IMG/VR virus record: IMGVR_UViG_3300044796_000662
Coordinates: 186,001 to 250,000 of that record
DNA: 64,000 nucleotides
Reading direction: 5' to 3' (one strand)
Shown here: piece after piece, positions 18,165-27,059 of the stretch
How the letters are laid out: the number at the start of each line of letters is the position of its first letter
How positions within the stretch are numbered: the stretch's first letter is position 1
The notes under the pieces: generated by a model
The model's database searches: none
Seen by the model: only the letters and a program-made list of their open reading frames with translations
What the model was told of the DNA's origin: nothing
Made by a program: the position numbers and the translations under genes

Positions 18165-18449
18165 TCAACTCATGTGACAGACCGACTTCAATGACTTAAT
18201 AGCGTTTGCGTAGGGCAGCGCTGCGACTTTTCCCTGGTTGTTGAACCAGGCGGTCTTCAGCTCTTCGATGTTGGAGACCGAAGTGTCGAAGACGAAGAAG
18301 ACGCGCCCGTTTTCTCTGTCCGTGCGCTTCATCTCCACCCCTGCGGTCTGGAGATACGCTGCGAAGTAGAGGTCCGGCGTGCGGAACGTGTTGTCCTCGC
18401 CGGGGGCGAACTTGTGGCCTGGTCTCTGCTGGCTCATCTGATTCCTCAT
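18165..18449 (-). CDS. DUF5659-like small protein
   Basis: TPDLYFAAYL..G...RVFFVF...V....Y..AIK.LK pattern. Confidence 0.6.
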   Translation of the reverse strand: MRNQMSQQRPGHKFAPGEDNTFRTPDLYFAAYLQTAGVEMKRTDRENGRVFFVFDTSVSNIEELKTAWFNNQGKVAALPYANAIKSLKSVCHMS

Positions 18450-18533
18450 CTTGGCTCCCCCAAGATCTGGGGGAGCCAGGAAACGTCTTTCCGATCCGAA
18501 TCTGGGTATGAATCTTTGCGGCCCTGCGGCCGA

Positions 18534-20054
18534 TCAGGTGACGGTGAACGCGATCGGGGCCGACAGGCTCCAAACGAGCGAACCGCTGCTCGTGTCAGGC
18601 AGGAGCGCGTTGGGGTTGAGGATCTTGACGCTCGACGACGAGATGTACGACGTCACGAGGAAGGATCCGTTGTTGCGGGTCGGGTACTCCGAGCCGTTGA
18701 TCGTCAACTGCGAACCGACCGCAGCGGACGTCATGTTCGTGAGGCCCGTCACGGTGACGTAGGTCCCGTCGAAGGACGAGAGCGTCGCCGCCGCACCGTA
18801 GACGGTGTTTGCCAGCGTGGTGAACCGCAGCTCCACCGTGGAGCCCGCGACGCCGAGCGCCGTGCCCGCGGAAGCAGGAACCGCAGGGAACGGGTGACCG
18901 GGCGGGTTCACCAGGAGCAGCGAAGCCGGGATGACGATCGAGGTCGGGGTGACCGAACCCTGAGTGCCGCCCGTCAACGTGTGGTTGATGAGCTTCTGCG
19001 ACAGCGTGACGGACGGAGCCTTGAGGCCGGGTCCGGGGCTCACGCCGGTCACGATGACCTTCGTGGAGTCGAAGTACTCGGTGACGCCGAGACCGACGCC
19101 CGTGATGGTGATGTCACCCGCGTTCGGCGTGTTGTGCACGGCGCCCGTGATCTCGGGGAACGCGAACGTGTAGGCCGTGTGGCCGTCGTTCTGCACCACC
19201 TGGATCGCCGGACCGTAGGCCGGAAGCGGGATGAGACGCGGGTTGGGGTTGAAGGACGAGCGCAGGAAGCCCGCGAGGTTGCCGATCGCGAAGCTCTTCT
19301 GGGCCACGTCCGTCTCGTTGAACTGCGGCGCGATGAGGTTCGCGATGTTCTGAGCGGCCGGAGCAGCTCCGAGGGTCGAAGTGATGGTCGCGGCGCGAAC
19401 GTCGATCGCACCCGTTGCCGGGGGGACCTGAACAGGGTTCAGGGCCGTGATGATGGCCGTCGCCGAGGGCATCGTGAAGTTCGCACCGCTCGTAGAGAAG
19501 CCGAGCGTAGCGTTGGCCGTCGAACCGTTGCCGTTCGTGTCCAGCCCGATGTACGACCCTACGCCAGGGACAGTGCTCTGAAGAACGAGCAGGGTGCCCG
19601 TGCTGTCCTGAGTCGCCGTGACCCCGACCCCCGCCGTCTTGAGGGCTGCGTTCACAGCCGCCAGAAGCGTGGTCATGGTGGCGTAGACGCCGTTGGCAAT
19701 CGTGGCCGCCACGAACGACCCCGTGGAGGTGTTCTTGACGCGGAGCACGTTGTTCGGGCTGCCGCTGCTCACGATGGTGACAGAGAAGGACACCGCCGTG
19801 CCTTCGATGCCTGCCGGCACGCCACCCGCGCCGAACTTTCCGGCCGGGATGGGGATCGTGATCGCCGGAGCCCCGTCAGGGGTGTCCGACGAGTACACGC
19901 CGGCGAGGAAGTTGGTGATCGCCGTGGCGTTCGGACGCGAGATGTAGCGCGTCTGAGTGACGGGATCGACCGGGAAGTTGGACTGGCTGGTGGGCTCCAG
20001 GTCGGACAAAAAGACCGGACCCGGCAGATCTCCGCGAATGACTCCGACGCGCAT
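18534..20054 (-). CDS. Virion structural protein (Thr/Gly/Ala-rich, IPT/Ig-like segments)
   Basis: Composition and beta-strand pattern; partial similarity to 20445-21062. Confidence 0.65.
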   Translation of the reverse strand: MRVGVIRGDLPGPVFLSDLEPTSQSNFPVDPVTQTRYISRPNATAITNFLAGVYSSDTPDGAPAITIPIPAGKFGAGGVPAGIEGTAVSFSVTIVSSGSPNNVLRVKNTSTGSFVAATIANGVYATMTTLLAAVNAALKTAGVGVTATQDSTGTLLVLQSTVPGVGSYIGLDTNGNGSTANATLGFSTSGANFTMPSATAIITALNPVQVPPATGAIDVRAATITSTLGAAPAAQNIANLIAPQFNETDVAQKSFAIGNLAGFLRSSFNPNPRLIPLPAYGPAIQVVQNDGHTAYTFAFPEITGAVHNTPNAGDITITGVGLGVTEYFDSTKVIVTGVSPGPGLKAPSVTLSQKLINHTLTGGTQGSVTPTSIVIPASLLLVNPPGHPFPAVPASAGTALGVAGSTVELRFTTLANTVYGAAATLSSFDGTYVTVTGLTNMTSAAVGSQLTINGSEYPTRNNGSFLVTSYISSSSVKILNPNALLPDTSSGSLVWSLSAPIAFTVT

Positions 20055-20071
20055 GTCAGGCTCCGTTTTCC

Positions 20072-20437
20072 TCAGGTGGTTGAACCAAGCTGACCCCGAA
20101 GGAGATCGAACTTGAGAAGTCGAAGGATCGCCCCGTAGTCCGAGTAGAACTGCGTGACCGCTTGGATGAACCGAAGCTGATCCGCCTTCCAGGTGAAGGT
20201 TGCCGTGCGCAAGTCGAGGCGCATGCGGCGAAGAAACTTGATGTATCGGTCACGACGATCGAGCTTGTCCAGCTCCGGCTCTGCTTCTGAGAGATGCTCG
20301 AAACGATGTTCGAGGTCGTGGATGAGCACCCGCACCTGCGCGCCCATGAGGAGGTTCCTTGGGCGCCAGCGGTTCTCGATCTGCATGAAGGCATCGCCTT
20401 CACGATCGATGAGCTGTCGGAGGAGCGGGAAGTCCAC
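20072..20437 (-). CDS. Hypothetical helical protein
   Basis: Fills gap between structural genes. Confidence 0.6.
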   Translation of the reverse strand: MDFPLLRQLIDREGDAFMQIENRWRPRNLLMGAQVRVLIHDLEHRFEHLSEAEPELDKLDRRDRYIKFLRRMRLDLRTATFTWKADQLRFIQAVTQFYSDYGAILRLLKFDLLRGQLGSTT

Positions 20438-20444
20438 GTCATCA

Positions 20445-21062
20445 TCAGGTCAGGGTGAAGGTGTTGCTGTTCTGCTCGTTGGCGTTGACGACCACGGTGT
20501 TGCCGGCAACCGTTGCCTGCCCCGTGAAGAGGGCAGCGGGGATGGTGATGGAGGTAGCCGTCACCGTGCCGCCTCCCCCGATGATCGCGGCCTGCGTGAA
20601 GACAGCCGGCGAAGGGGTGGTGCCCGCCGAACCCTTGGCGAAGGTCACGGTCGTGGTGTCCGGAGAGACCGAAGTGAGGGTCGTCCCAGTGACCGTGACC
20701 GGGCTCGCGCCGTGGACACAGGCCGTGACCACCGGAGCCGCGATCGATGCGGACGTGATGGTCGTCACCGTGATCAGCCCCGCCTGCTGGAGCTTGTAGA
20801 TCTTGCCGGTGCCCGCAGACATCGTGATGCGGGGGGTCTGGTTGACGTTGATGTACCCCTGCGTGCCCGAGTACCCGTACGCCTTGCGGGTGTACGGGAC
20901 GTAGCAGGACTGCTTGTCAGCGCCCGCAGCGCCGTTGCGCTTGAATGCCTTCTTGTCGGCCTGGGACCCGAGGCGATAGACTTCCTTGTTGGGAAGCCCG
21001 TCGTCGATGTCATCGACCAGCAGGGCACCTACCACGGTCTGGTTGTGAATGAGACGCAGCAT
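20445..21062 (-). CDS. Virion structural protein with C-terminal IPT/Ig-like domain
   Basis: VTVTGTTL...VTF...TATSITIP...VVVNANEQNSN.FTLT; SD GGGAG and TTATG upstream. Confidence 0.65.
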   Translation of the reverse strand: MLRLIHNQTVVGALLVDDIDDGLPNKEVYRLGSQADKKAFKRNGAAGADKQSCYVPYTRKAYGYSGTQGYINVNQTPRITMSAGTGKIYKLQQAGLITVTTITSASIAAPVVTACVHGASPVTVTGTTLTSVSPDTTTVTFAKGSAGTTPSPAVFTQAAIIGGGGTVTATSITIPAALFTGQATVAGNTVVVNANEQNSNTFTLT

Positions 21063-21158
21063 TGTCGCTCCCTACGGTGGTCCGTTCGATCTTGATCGAC
21101 GCATAAGAAGGAAAACGAGAGGAACCCGGTGAGTTTGGATTACTACCGGGTGCGAGCT

Positions 21159-21821
21159 TTACCTCGGGTTGGCCAGTGTGCAGGTCGCCGAGAAGTTCAC
21201 CGCACCACCCCCGCCACGAACCCAGAGGCTCCCCTGGACGCCCCAGAGCGTCTGATAGCCCGCGAACCCGAGCTTCGGGCCGACTTCCACTTCGGGTCCA
21301 CCCGCCTCGGTCGAGACGTAGAGGGTGTTGGTCCCGTCGTTGTTGGTGATCTGGAAGTTCTGCATCAAGCGAGGCAGATCGATCTGAAGCGAGTTCGCCG
21401 AGGCCGCTCCGCTCGGGGCGTTGCCCTGGATGGTCACGATCCCGATGCCGTGGTTGGCGCTGTCGGGAAGTACGAGCGTGGGGGCGCCCACGAGCGTCTC
21501 GGACCCTCCGGTGACCTGCGCAAACTGGAGCCAGAACGAGCTGGTATCCGTGATGCCGAAGGTCGCCGGGTTGAACACGATGCGGATGTTCCGGCCGCCA
21601 TTGCTCGCCGTGCCGCCCATAGGCTGCGCATCCACCACATTGGGGTTGATGCCGGGGTCAAGGTAGCCGACATTCGAGGACGTCAGGAACGTCGTGAACG
21701 ATCCCGAGTCGAAGTTGGCCGCCCACTTGAGGCGATAGCCGGTGACGCCATATGCGAACGGCGTCTGGATGTCCACGTAGTTTGGACGCCTGCGGATCAT
21801 ACCGAAGAGCCGGTTCATCAC
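21159..21821 (-). CDS. Probable virion structural protein
   Basis: Beta-rich; ITNNDGTNTLYVS..GGPE motif typical of small capsid accessory domains. Confidence 0.6.
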   Translation of the reverse strand: MMNRLFGMIRRRPNYVDIQTPFAYGVTGYRLKWAANFDSGSFTTFLTSSNVGYLDPGINPNVVDAQPMGGTASNGGRNIRIVFNPATFGITDTSSFWLQFAQVTGGSETLVGAPTLVLPDSANHGIGIVTIQGNAPSGAASANSLQIDLPRLMQNFQITNNDGTNTLYVSTEAGGPEVEVGPKLGFAGYQTLWGVQGSLWVRGGGGAVNFSATCTLANPR

Positions 21822-22246
21822 TTGGTCCCTTCTACAAGCGGATCATACGTTTGAGCGACCAGCTTCGCGGCGCTCTCCCCCAGGGTCTTTGAGGTCTCCA
21901 CCCGGGCGAACTCCCGGGCGTCCTTCCAGGTCCCAGTCTCGATGCCCTGGTAGTTGGCCTGGAGCTTGGGCTTGAACACATGGTCCCGCTCCCGACGCGC
22001 CATGACCTCACGGTGACGTGCGCGCCAAGCGTTCTCCTTCATGGCCTTGCTCTGCCAACCGCCAGACTCCCCGTCCTTCATGACGAACTGCACGCTGCTC
22101 GGATCGAAGAGGATCTGGCAGTGGGCGTCGCACTTGTTGCAGACGAGGTTCTTGGCACCCTTCTGGATGTCGTCGTAGTCGGCAAACGAGAGGCGAAGGT
22201 CGCCCGCGTCACCGCAGCCCAGGCATTGTGTCGTATAGACCGGCAT
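21818..22246 (-). CDS. FmdB-like zinc-ribbon protein
   Basis: MPVYTTQCLGCG...CNKC...F...GW. Confidence 0.75.
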   Translation of the reverse strand: MPVYTTQCLGCGDAGDLRLSFADYDDIQKGAKNLVCNKCDAHCQILFDPSSVQFVMKDGESGGWQSKAMKENAWRARHREVMARRERDHVFKPKLQANYQGIETGTWKDAREFARVETSKTLGESAAKLVAQTYDPLVEGTK

Positions 22247-22249
22247 CGT

Positions 22250-23143
22250 TCATTCCTTCGATTTGGGTTTGGATTTCGGGAGCTGCCACTTCTGAATCGT
22301 CCGTAGAACGGCCGCCACGTGCTTGCAGACGCGGTTCTGACCCTCAGGGTCCCGAATGACGGGCTCAGAGGCCGTTCCGCGGGGCTTGCCGTTGATGTAC
22401 CCCTCGCCCTTCGACCAGTGCTCCGGACCGAGCCACCGCCAGGCTGGGCACGAGCAGGCGAGGTGCAGGTCCATCTTCGTGACCTTCACGGCCTTGCCGC
22501 GCTCCGCCATGAGCTTGACGGCTCGGGGTCCGTTGCCGCAGTTCACGGCGAAGATCCAGCGCATGTTCGGGATGTCAGCGCGCTTGAGGTCCACGCTGCA
22601 CGAGTGCGAACGCTCGATGAACTTGGGGTTCAACCCCTCCTCGATGGCGTCCATCCGGGTTGCCACTCGGATGCCATGGCCGGTCTCTGCGGGAACAACC
22701 AGCTCGTGAGCTGTTCGGAGCAGATGAGCTTCGACCACATAAGCGACTGAGGCGTAGTGCTTGTGCTTCCGGTCATCACGGTAGGGGTAGTCCGTGACCG
22801 TGGGGTCGCCTTTCGGACGGCCGCCAGGACCCGTGTACGTGGGCTTGAAGTCCTCGTGATGCGGCCGATCCCCCTCGGGGTCATCCTGGGGCTTGGCCAG
22901 GTCGTCCGGACCGTCCTTGCGGTAGATGGACCCCGGCTCGGCCTTGTCGAACTCCCGGATGTCACCCTCAGGCTTGTTGAAGGTGCTCGTGCCCGGGATG
23001 TCCTTGTCCAGCGAGCGCCCCTTGTCAGAGGGACCGCCGCCTGGAAGACCCGACTCCGCCACGGACGGGGGCATCCGCTTCTGACCGTAGGCTGGTCGAG
23101 AAACGAGAGGCTGCGTCAACGTAGCGGAGCGGTCCTCTCCCAT
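22250..23143 (-). CDS. SWIM-type zinc-finger protein with disordered N-terminus
   Basis: ACSCPAWRW...RVCKHVAAVL (CxC...CxH). Confidence 0.75.
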   Translation of the reverse strand: MGEDRSATLTQPLVSRPAYGQKRMPPSVAESGLPGGGPSDKGRSLDKDIPGTSTFNKPEGDIREFDKAEPGSIYRKDGPDDLAKPQDDPEGDRPHHEDFKPTYTGPGGRPKGDPTVTDYPYRDDRKHKHYASVAYVVEAHLLRTAHELVVPAETGHGIRVATRMDAIEEGLNPKFIERSHSCSVDLKRADIPNMRWIFAVNCGNGPRAVKLMAERGKAVKVTKMDLHLACSCPAWRWLGPEHWSKGEGYINGKPRGTASEPVIRDPEGQNRVCKHVAAVLRTIQKWQLPKSKPKSKE

Positions 23144-23146
23144 ACG

Positions 23147-24196
23147 TCACTTGTGCTGGTTCTTGACGACGTCCTTGTTCTTCTCCCAGTGATCCGCCGC
23201 CTCTTCGAGCTGCGCGTCCGTCATGGCAGGGTTCGCGTCCTTGAAACCCTTCATGACGTCCTCACGGGACGAAGCCTGCTGGTAGATGGCCGCCGCCACC
23301 TGAGCGCCGACTTGCTGCATCTGCTGCTGCGACTGTTGCTGCATCGGCTGGATCTGGTCCGCGATGACGTTGCGGAGCATGTTCGCGAGCGCGAGACGGC
23401 TCGGAGCCTTGCCCTCTTGGGGGTTGAGCAGGCCGGCAGCGACCTCACGAAAAACCGCAGCGGCCTTTGCTGCCGGAACCGAGGCGCGCTTGGTGTTGCC
23501 TTCGAGGGCGCCAAGCAGGGCCACGACGCGGTTCATCGGAACCTTGCCCGTACCTTCGGTCTGCGCCGCGAGGGCGAGGAACTGTTCAGCAGCTTGCTTC
23601 GGAGTCATCATCGGAGTGCCCTTTCCAGTTGAAATAGGGGTGTCACCCCCAGCGGTTTTCGCAGCACCAACATCGGTGCCCTCACTCATGTCCTTCGGCT
23701 CGCCCTCGACGAGGCGGCGAACCCCCACGGTCGGCTCCGTGCCGGCCCACTCCGAAGAGCGGCGCTTCAAATAGCGAAGGCGAACGTCCTGGAGCGCATC
23801 CTCCAGCTCGTCCGCCTTCTCCGGCTTGAGCGTGTCCTTGATCTCTTCGTAGTCGAGACGGGCGGCAGCGAGCGCGGATGCGTCGAGCGCCTTCTCCATC
23901 TTGAAGAGGGCATCGGGGATGCCGTGGATCAGGTGGGCGGCAACCTCGAAGAAGTGGTCCCGTTGAGGGGACTTCTCGATGAGATCGGTCGCCTCCTTGA
24001 CGTACTTCTTGAGCTGGGCGCAGCGCAAACGCGCATCCCCCAACTCCTCCAAGAGGTAGACCGTGATTCCGGCCGCGACCTTGTCAGCGGCGGCCTTGTC
24101 CACCCCGTGGGCGACGAGGTACGAGGCAAGACGGGCAGGCAACGTGGTGCTGCCTGCCGCTGTCTTGTTCATGCAACGCTCGATGTCGTAGGGCAC
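23147..24196 (-). CDS. Hypothetical helical protein (putative internal head protein)
   Basis: SD GGGAGAGG and TTATC upstream; several K-x-A motifs. Confidence 0.65.
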   Translation of the reverse strand: MPYDIERCMNKTAAGSTTLPARLASYLVAHGVDKAAADKVAAGITVYLLEELGDARLRCAQLKKYVKEATDLIEKSPQRDHFFEVAAHLIHGIPDALFKMEKALDASALAAARLDYEEIKDTLKPEKADELEDALQDVRLRYLKRRSSEWAGTEPTVGVRRLVEGEPKDMSEGTDVGAAKTAGGDTPISTGKGTPMMTPKQAAEQFLALAAQTEGTGKVPMNRVVALLGALEGNTKRASVPAAKAAAVFREVAAGLLNPQEGKAPSRLALANMLRNVIADQIQPMQQQSQQQMQQVGAQVAAAIYQQASSREDVMKGFKDANPAMTDAQLEEAADHWEKNKDVVKNQHK

Positions 24197-24239
24197 CGCA
24201 GACCTCTCCCGTTCACGGAGAGGGAGCTGATAAGGTGTT

Positions 24240-25520
24240 TTACGATGCGGAAGCTTCGAACGCCTTCGGGAACTCCTGAAGCAGGAGCGCCTTCATGTCG
24301 TCCGTCTCGGCCGCGTAGACGGCCTTGAGGACGTCGTAGCGATCCTCGTAGTCCGCCTGGAGCCGCGCCAACTTCTTCTTGGGCGACAGGGTGAAGTCGT
24401 AGTTCTCCGGGAACTCCGGGCAGACCATCTTCGCGATGGCCCGGCGGGTGTCCAGATTGGCCGGGACGGGCGGGGGCGCTTCAGCCGAGGCCACGACAGC
24501 CTGCGGAGCCTGAGGCGCTGCCTGGCGCTGGTTCTGAGGCCGGCGCGGGCCGTTGGTCGTGGTGAAGCGCATCCCCTCCTGCTCGAAGGTCTCGACGCGA
24601 TCCTCCTGAACGTGACCGACCACGATGCCGTCCGACTCGTCGCCGATGGCCGTTCCGCCGCCGACGCTGTTCGTGAACTGCATCCCCTCGCCGTGCCCGT
24701 GGCGGTTGGACTGCACGCGGGCGACCACCTGACGGTGGGGCGGGCGAGGCTGCGACTGCATCGGAGGCGCCTCGCTCACGTACTGAGCGCGGAGGGCCTC
24801 CTTCTTGGCGATGTACTCCTCTTGCTGCTCGGGAGACATCCGCTGCATCATGTCTTCCTCGGTCTGGCCCACTCCGGGCACCACCTTGGCGTCACGTGCA
24901 ACACGAAGCGCGCGGGCGGCCTTCTCGCTCGTGAGGTCGAGCCGCTCCTTGGACTTCTCGCCGGCGGGCGTCGAGAGCTGGCGATCGAGTTCGATGCCGT
25001 CCTGGACCTCGACCTCCATGACCCCGCGTTGGGTCATGACCTTCGTCCCAGGCTGGACCACGTTCACGGGCGTCTGCCCGCGGACGAAGTTGCGGTTCTG
25101 CGTCTGCGTCTGCTGCGAGTGCGCCCGAACCTGCGTCACCTCACGCTCATCGGACACCGTGGTCGCAATGGCCATCCGCTGCTGAGGCTGGAGCGGGTTG
25201 CCGCCGTCACGGGGACGGACCTGGATGTTGGCCGACGTGCGGCGCTGGTAGTTCGGGTCGTTCGGGTCGTACTCCTCCGCGAGGACCATCCAGCCGGCCT
25301 TCACGGCTCCGCGAAGGAAGGGGAGAACGTACTCGGATCCTTCGACCTCGGCATGCGTGCCATCGAAGAGGATCTCCGTGCCCGACCGGACCTGCACCCC
25401 GGTCTGACCGAGAGTGAAAGGCCGCGTCGTCACGAAGAGCATCATCTGCCCGGCGCGGAACTGAAGGGCTCCTGGCTGCGGGGCGCCACGGTACTGATTG
25501 GGGTACGGGTTCGGGTTCAT
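24240..25520 (-). CDS. Hypothetical protein (Gln/Pro-rich)
   Basis: Long ORF, SD AGGAG. Confidence 0.75.
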   Translation of the reverse strand: MNPNPYPNQYRGAPQPGALQFRAGQMMLFVTTRPFTLGQTGVQVRSGTEILFDGTHAEVEGSEYVLPFLRGAVKAGWMVLAEEYDPNDPNYQRRTSANIQVRPRDGGNPLQPQQRMAIATTVSDEREVTQVRAHSQQTQTQNRNFVRGQTPVNVVQPGTKVMTQRGVMEVEVQDGIELDRQLSTPAGEKSKERLDLTSEKAARALRVARDAKVVPGVGQTEEDMMQRMSPEQQEEYIAKKEALRAQYVSEAPPMQSQPRPPHRQVVARVQSNRHGHGEGMQFTNSVGGGTAIGDESDGIVVGHVQEDRVETFEQEGMRFTTTNGPRRPQNQRQAAPQAPQAVVASAEAPPPVPANLDTRRAIAKMVCPEFPENYDFTLSPKKKLARLQADYEDRYDVLKAVYAAETDDMKALLLQEFPKAFEASAS

Positions 25521-25522
25521 AT

Positions 25523-25560
25523 CTGCTCCTACGGGACGAAGAGGTCCCCGTATGGAGCAG
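25523..25560 (-). promoter_or_regulatory. Hairpin occluding the SD of gene 24240-25520
   Basis: CTGCTCCATACGGGGAC-CTCTTC-GTCCCGTAGGAGCAG; AGGAG lies in the 3' arm. Confidence 0.5.
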
Positions 25561-25575
25561 TCAAAAAGTAGATCC

Positions 25576-26025
25576 TCAGTTCTGCGGGCTGTCCGGAACG
25601 TCTTCCTCGGCAGGAGGGACCTCTTTGGCCATCTCCTCCATGGTCTTTTCCCCTGACTCGAAGGCCAGCGGGGGCAGGTTGAGGATAGCCAGGGTGCTCT
25701 CCAGCGCGTTGACCTGGAACTTCGTGCTCTCGAACTCCGCCTGGAGGTGCTCCCCGATCACCTTGAGGGCCGCAGCGGCGCAGATCTCGGGAGTGGCGGC
25801 CGCCACCTCCCAGATCTTCTCCCGAGTCGGGACCACGTTGCCTTCGGTGTCGTGCTTGTCGAAGTCGTCGAAGGACATGAGCTTGACGGTCAAGCTCCAC
25901 TGATCGACCCCAGGAACGTCCGAGGGATCGTGCTCGAAGTGGATGTGGACCTTGGGGATCGCTCCCGTCGTGTCGCTGTTGGCGTAGCTCGTGAGGACGT
26001 GAGCGAGCTTGGAGAGCACCTTCAT
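25576..26025 (-). CDS. Hypothetical acidic protein (accessory, probably leaderless)
   Basis: CGGTGTAG 9 nt upstream of ATG. Confidence 0.75.
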   Translation of the reverse strand: MKVLSKLAHVLTSYANSDTTGAIPKVHIHFEHDPSDVPGVDQWSLTVKLMSFDDFDKHDTEGNVVPTREKIWEVAAATPEICAAAALKVIGEHLQAEFESTKFQVNALESTLAILNLPPLAFESGEKTMEEMAKEVPPAEEDVPDSPQN

Positions 26026-26034
26026 GGCCCTCTT

Positions 26035-26042
26035 CTACACCG
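26035..26042 (-). promoter_or_regulatory. CGGTGTAG candidate promoter element
   Basis: 9 nt before ATG 26025. Confidence 0.65.
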
Positions 26043-26049
26043 GGTCCGT

Positions 26050-26412
26050 CTACTTTTTCTTCGCCCGCTCGGTCATTTCCTTGACGGTGCGGACGACCAT
26101 CGCGATGCGGCCCGCTGCCATCCGGGGAGTGTTCTCGATCTCGTGCTGCCAGATGCGGACTACAGCCCAGCCCTCTTTGCGCAGCTTGGCGTCCCTATCG
26201 TTGAGCCTCTTCCATAGAGCCGCAGTGGACTTCCTCTTGGGACCGTGCCACGGACAGTGCGACTCTTCGCAACCGTCCACGAAGACCGCGATCTTGCAGC
26301 TCGCGATGACGAACGAAGGCGTGGAGTTGAGGACGCGTTCGTTCGCACGAAAGCGGACACCGAACTCCCAGAGGGTCGCTCGGAGCAGCTTCTCCGCAGA
26401 CGTTGCCGACAT
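26050..26412 (-). CDS. vsr: Vsr-family endonuclease-like protein, degenerate active site
   Basis: T..EKLLR..LW..GVRFR.N...P.FV....KIAVFVDGC...L...GW.VVRIW.HEI. Confidence 0.75.
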   Translation of the reverse strand: MSATSAEKLLRATLWEFGVRFRANERVLNSTPSFVIASCKIAVFVDGCEESHCPWHGPKRKSTAALWKRLNDRDAKLRKEGWAVVRIWQHEIENTPRMAAGRIAMVVRTVKEMTERAKKK

Positions 26413-26486
26413 CTTGCACTACGTTTTTCGATAAGAAAAACGCGAGGCTATGGCGTACACGTAGCGAATGTGTGCGGTCGTCGCGC

Positions 26487-26786
26487 TCACTCGATGCAAG
26501 GTAGGGTCAGCTCGAATTGGCTCCCGCTCTGGTAGCCGATGTCCGTCCGCGTGTAGCACTCGATGAACTTGAGCTGGTAGAGCAGCTCGCCAAAATGCCC
26601 CACATCCAGGTGGACCCTCTCGGTCTGCCAGATGGCCGGCTTCGGGTCGTCCAGCGGACGGAACCAGTTGGTCCAGAGGAGCTTCTCCTCTTCGAACATG
26701 AAGAGCTGGAATCCGACAGGCTTGAGCCAGACCTTGGGCCTCAACTCGTGGTAGCCCATCGCGGCGAGCGCCTCAGGGAGCGTCAT
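26487..26786 (-). CDS. Hypothetical protein (accessory, probably leaderless)
   Basis: CGGTGTAG 9 nt upstream of ATG. Confidence 0.7.
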   Translation of the reverse strand: MTLPEALAAMGYHELRPKVWLKPVGFQLFMFEEEKLLWTNWFRPLDDPKPAIWQTERVHLDVGHFGELLYQLKFIECYTRTDIGYQSGSQFELTLPCIE

Positions 26787-26795
26787 GCCCAGGCA

Positions 26796-26803
26796 CTACA
26801 CCG
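26796..26803 (-). promoter_or_regulatory. CGGTGTAG candidate promoter element
   Basis: 9 nt before ATG 26786. Confidence 0.65.
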
Positions 26804-26804
26804 T

Positions 26805-27059
26805 CTACGCGCTACCCGTGATCGCGAGGCTGAAGATCATCCCGTCCTTGACCCGCACACTTTCGCTCGGAGCGAGGCAGCCATCCTGCTTGGGGCAGTG
26901 CCCGTGCTGGTAGACAATCGTGATGACCGCCCCAGGCAGCTTGGACCAGGCGATCATCTTCGGTCTGTCCTCGTAGGCGATCTCCACGACGTCCGCGTAG
27001 GACAACTCGGCAGCCGCGGTCTCCACCTTGCGCGTGTTCACAGTGATGATCGCCATCAT
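26805..27059 (-). CDS. Ubiquitin-like (multiubiquitin-domain, beta-grasp) protein
   Basis: IITVNTRKVE....LSYADVVEIAY...ITIVY..G.....G.L.P.ESVRVKDGMIFSL..T matches the bacterial multiubiquitin-domain pattern. Confidence 0.75.
   Translation of the reverse strand: MMAIITVNTRKVETAAAELSYADVVEIAYEDRPKMIAWSKLPGAVITIVYQHGHCPKQDGCLAPSESVRVKDGMIFSLAITGSA

Noticed and set aside
5579-18477. 14-bp match GATCTGGGGGAGCC at 5579-5592 (minus) and 18464-18477 (plus)
   Set aside because: Several 14-mer matches are expected by chance in 64 kb of GC-rich DNA, and both include SD-like sequence
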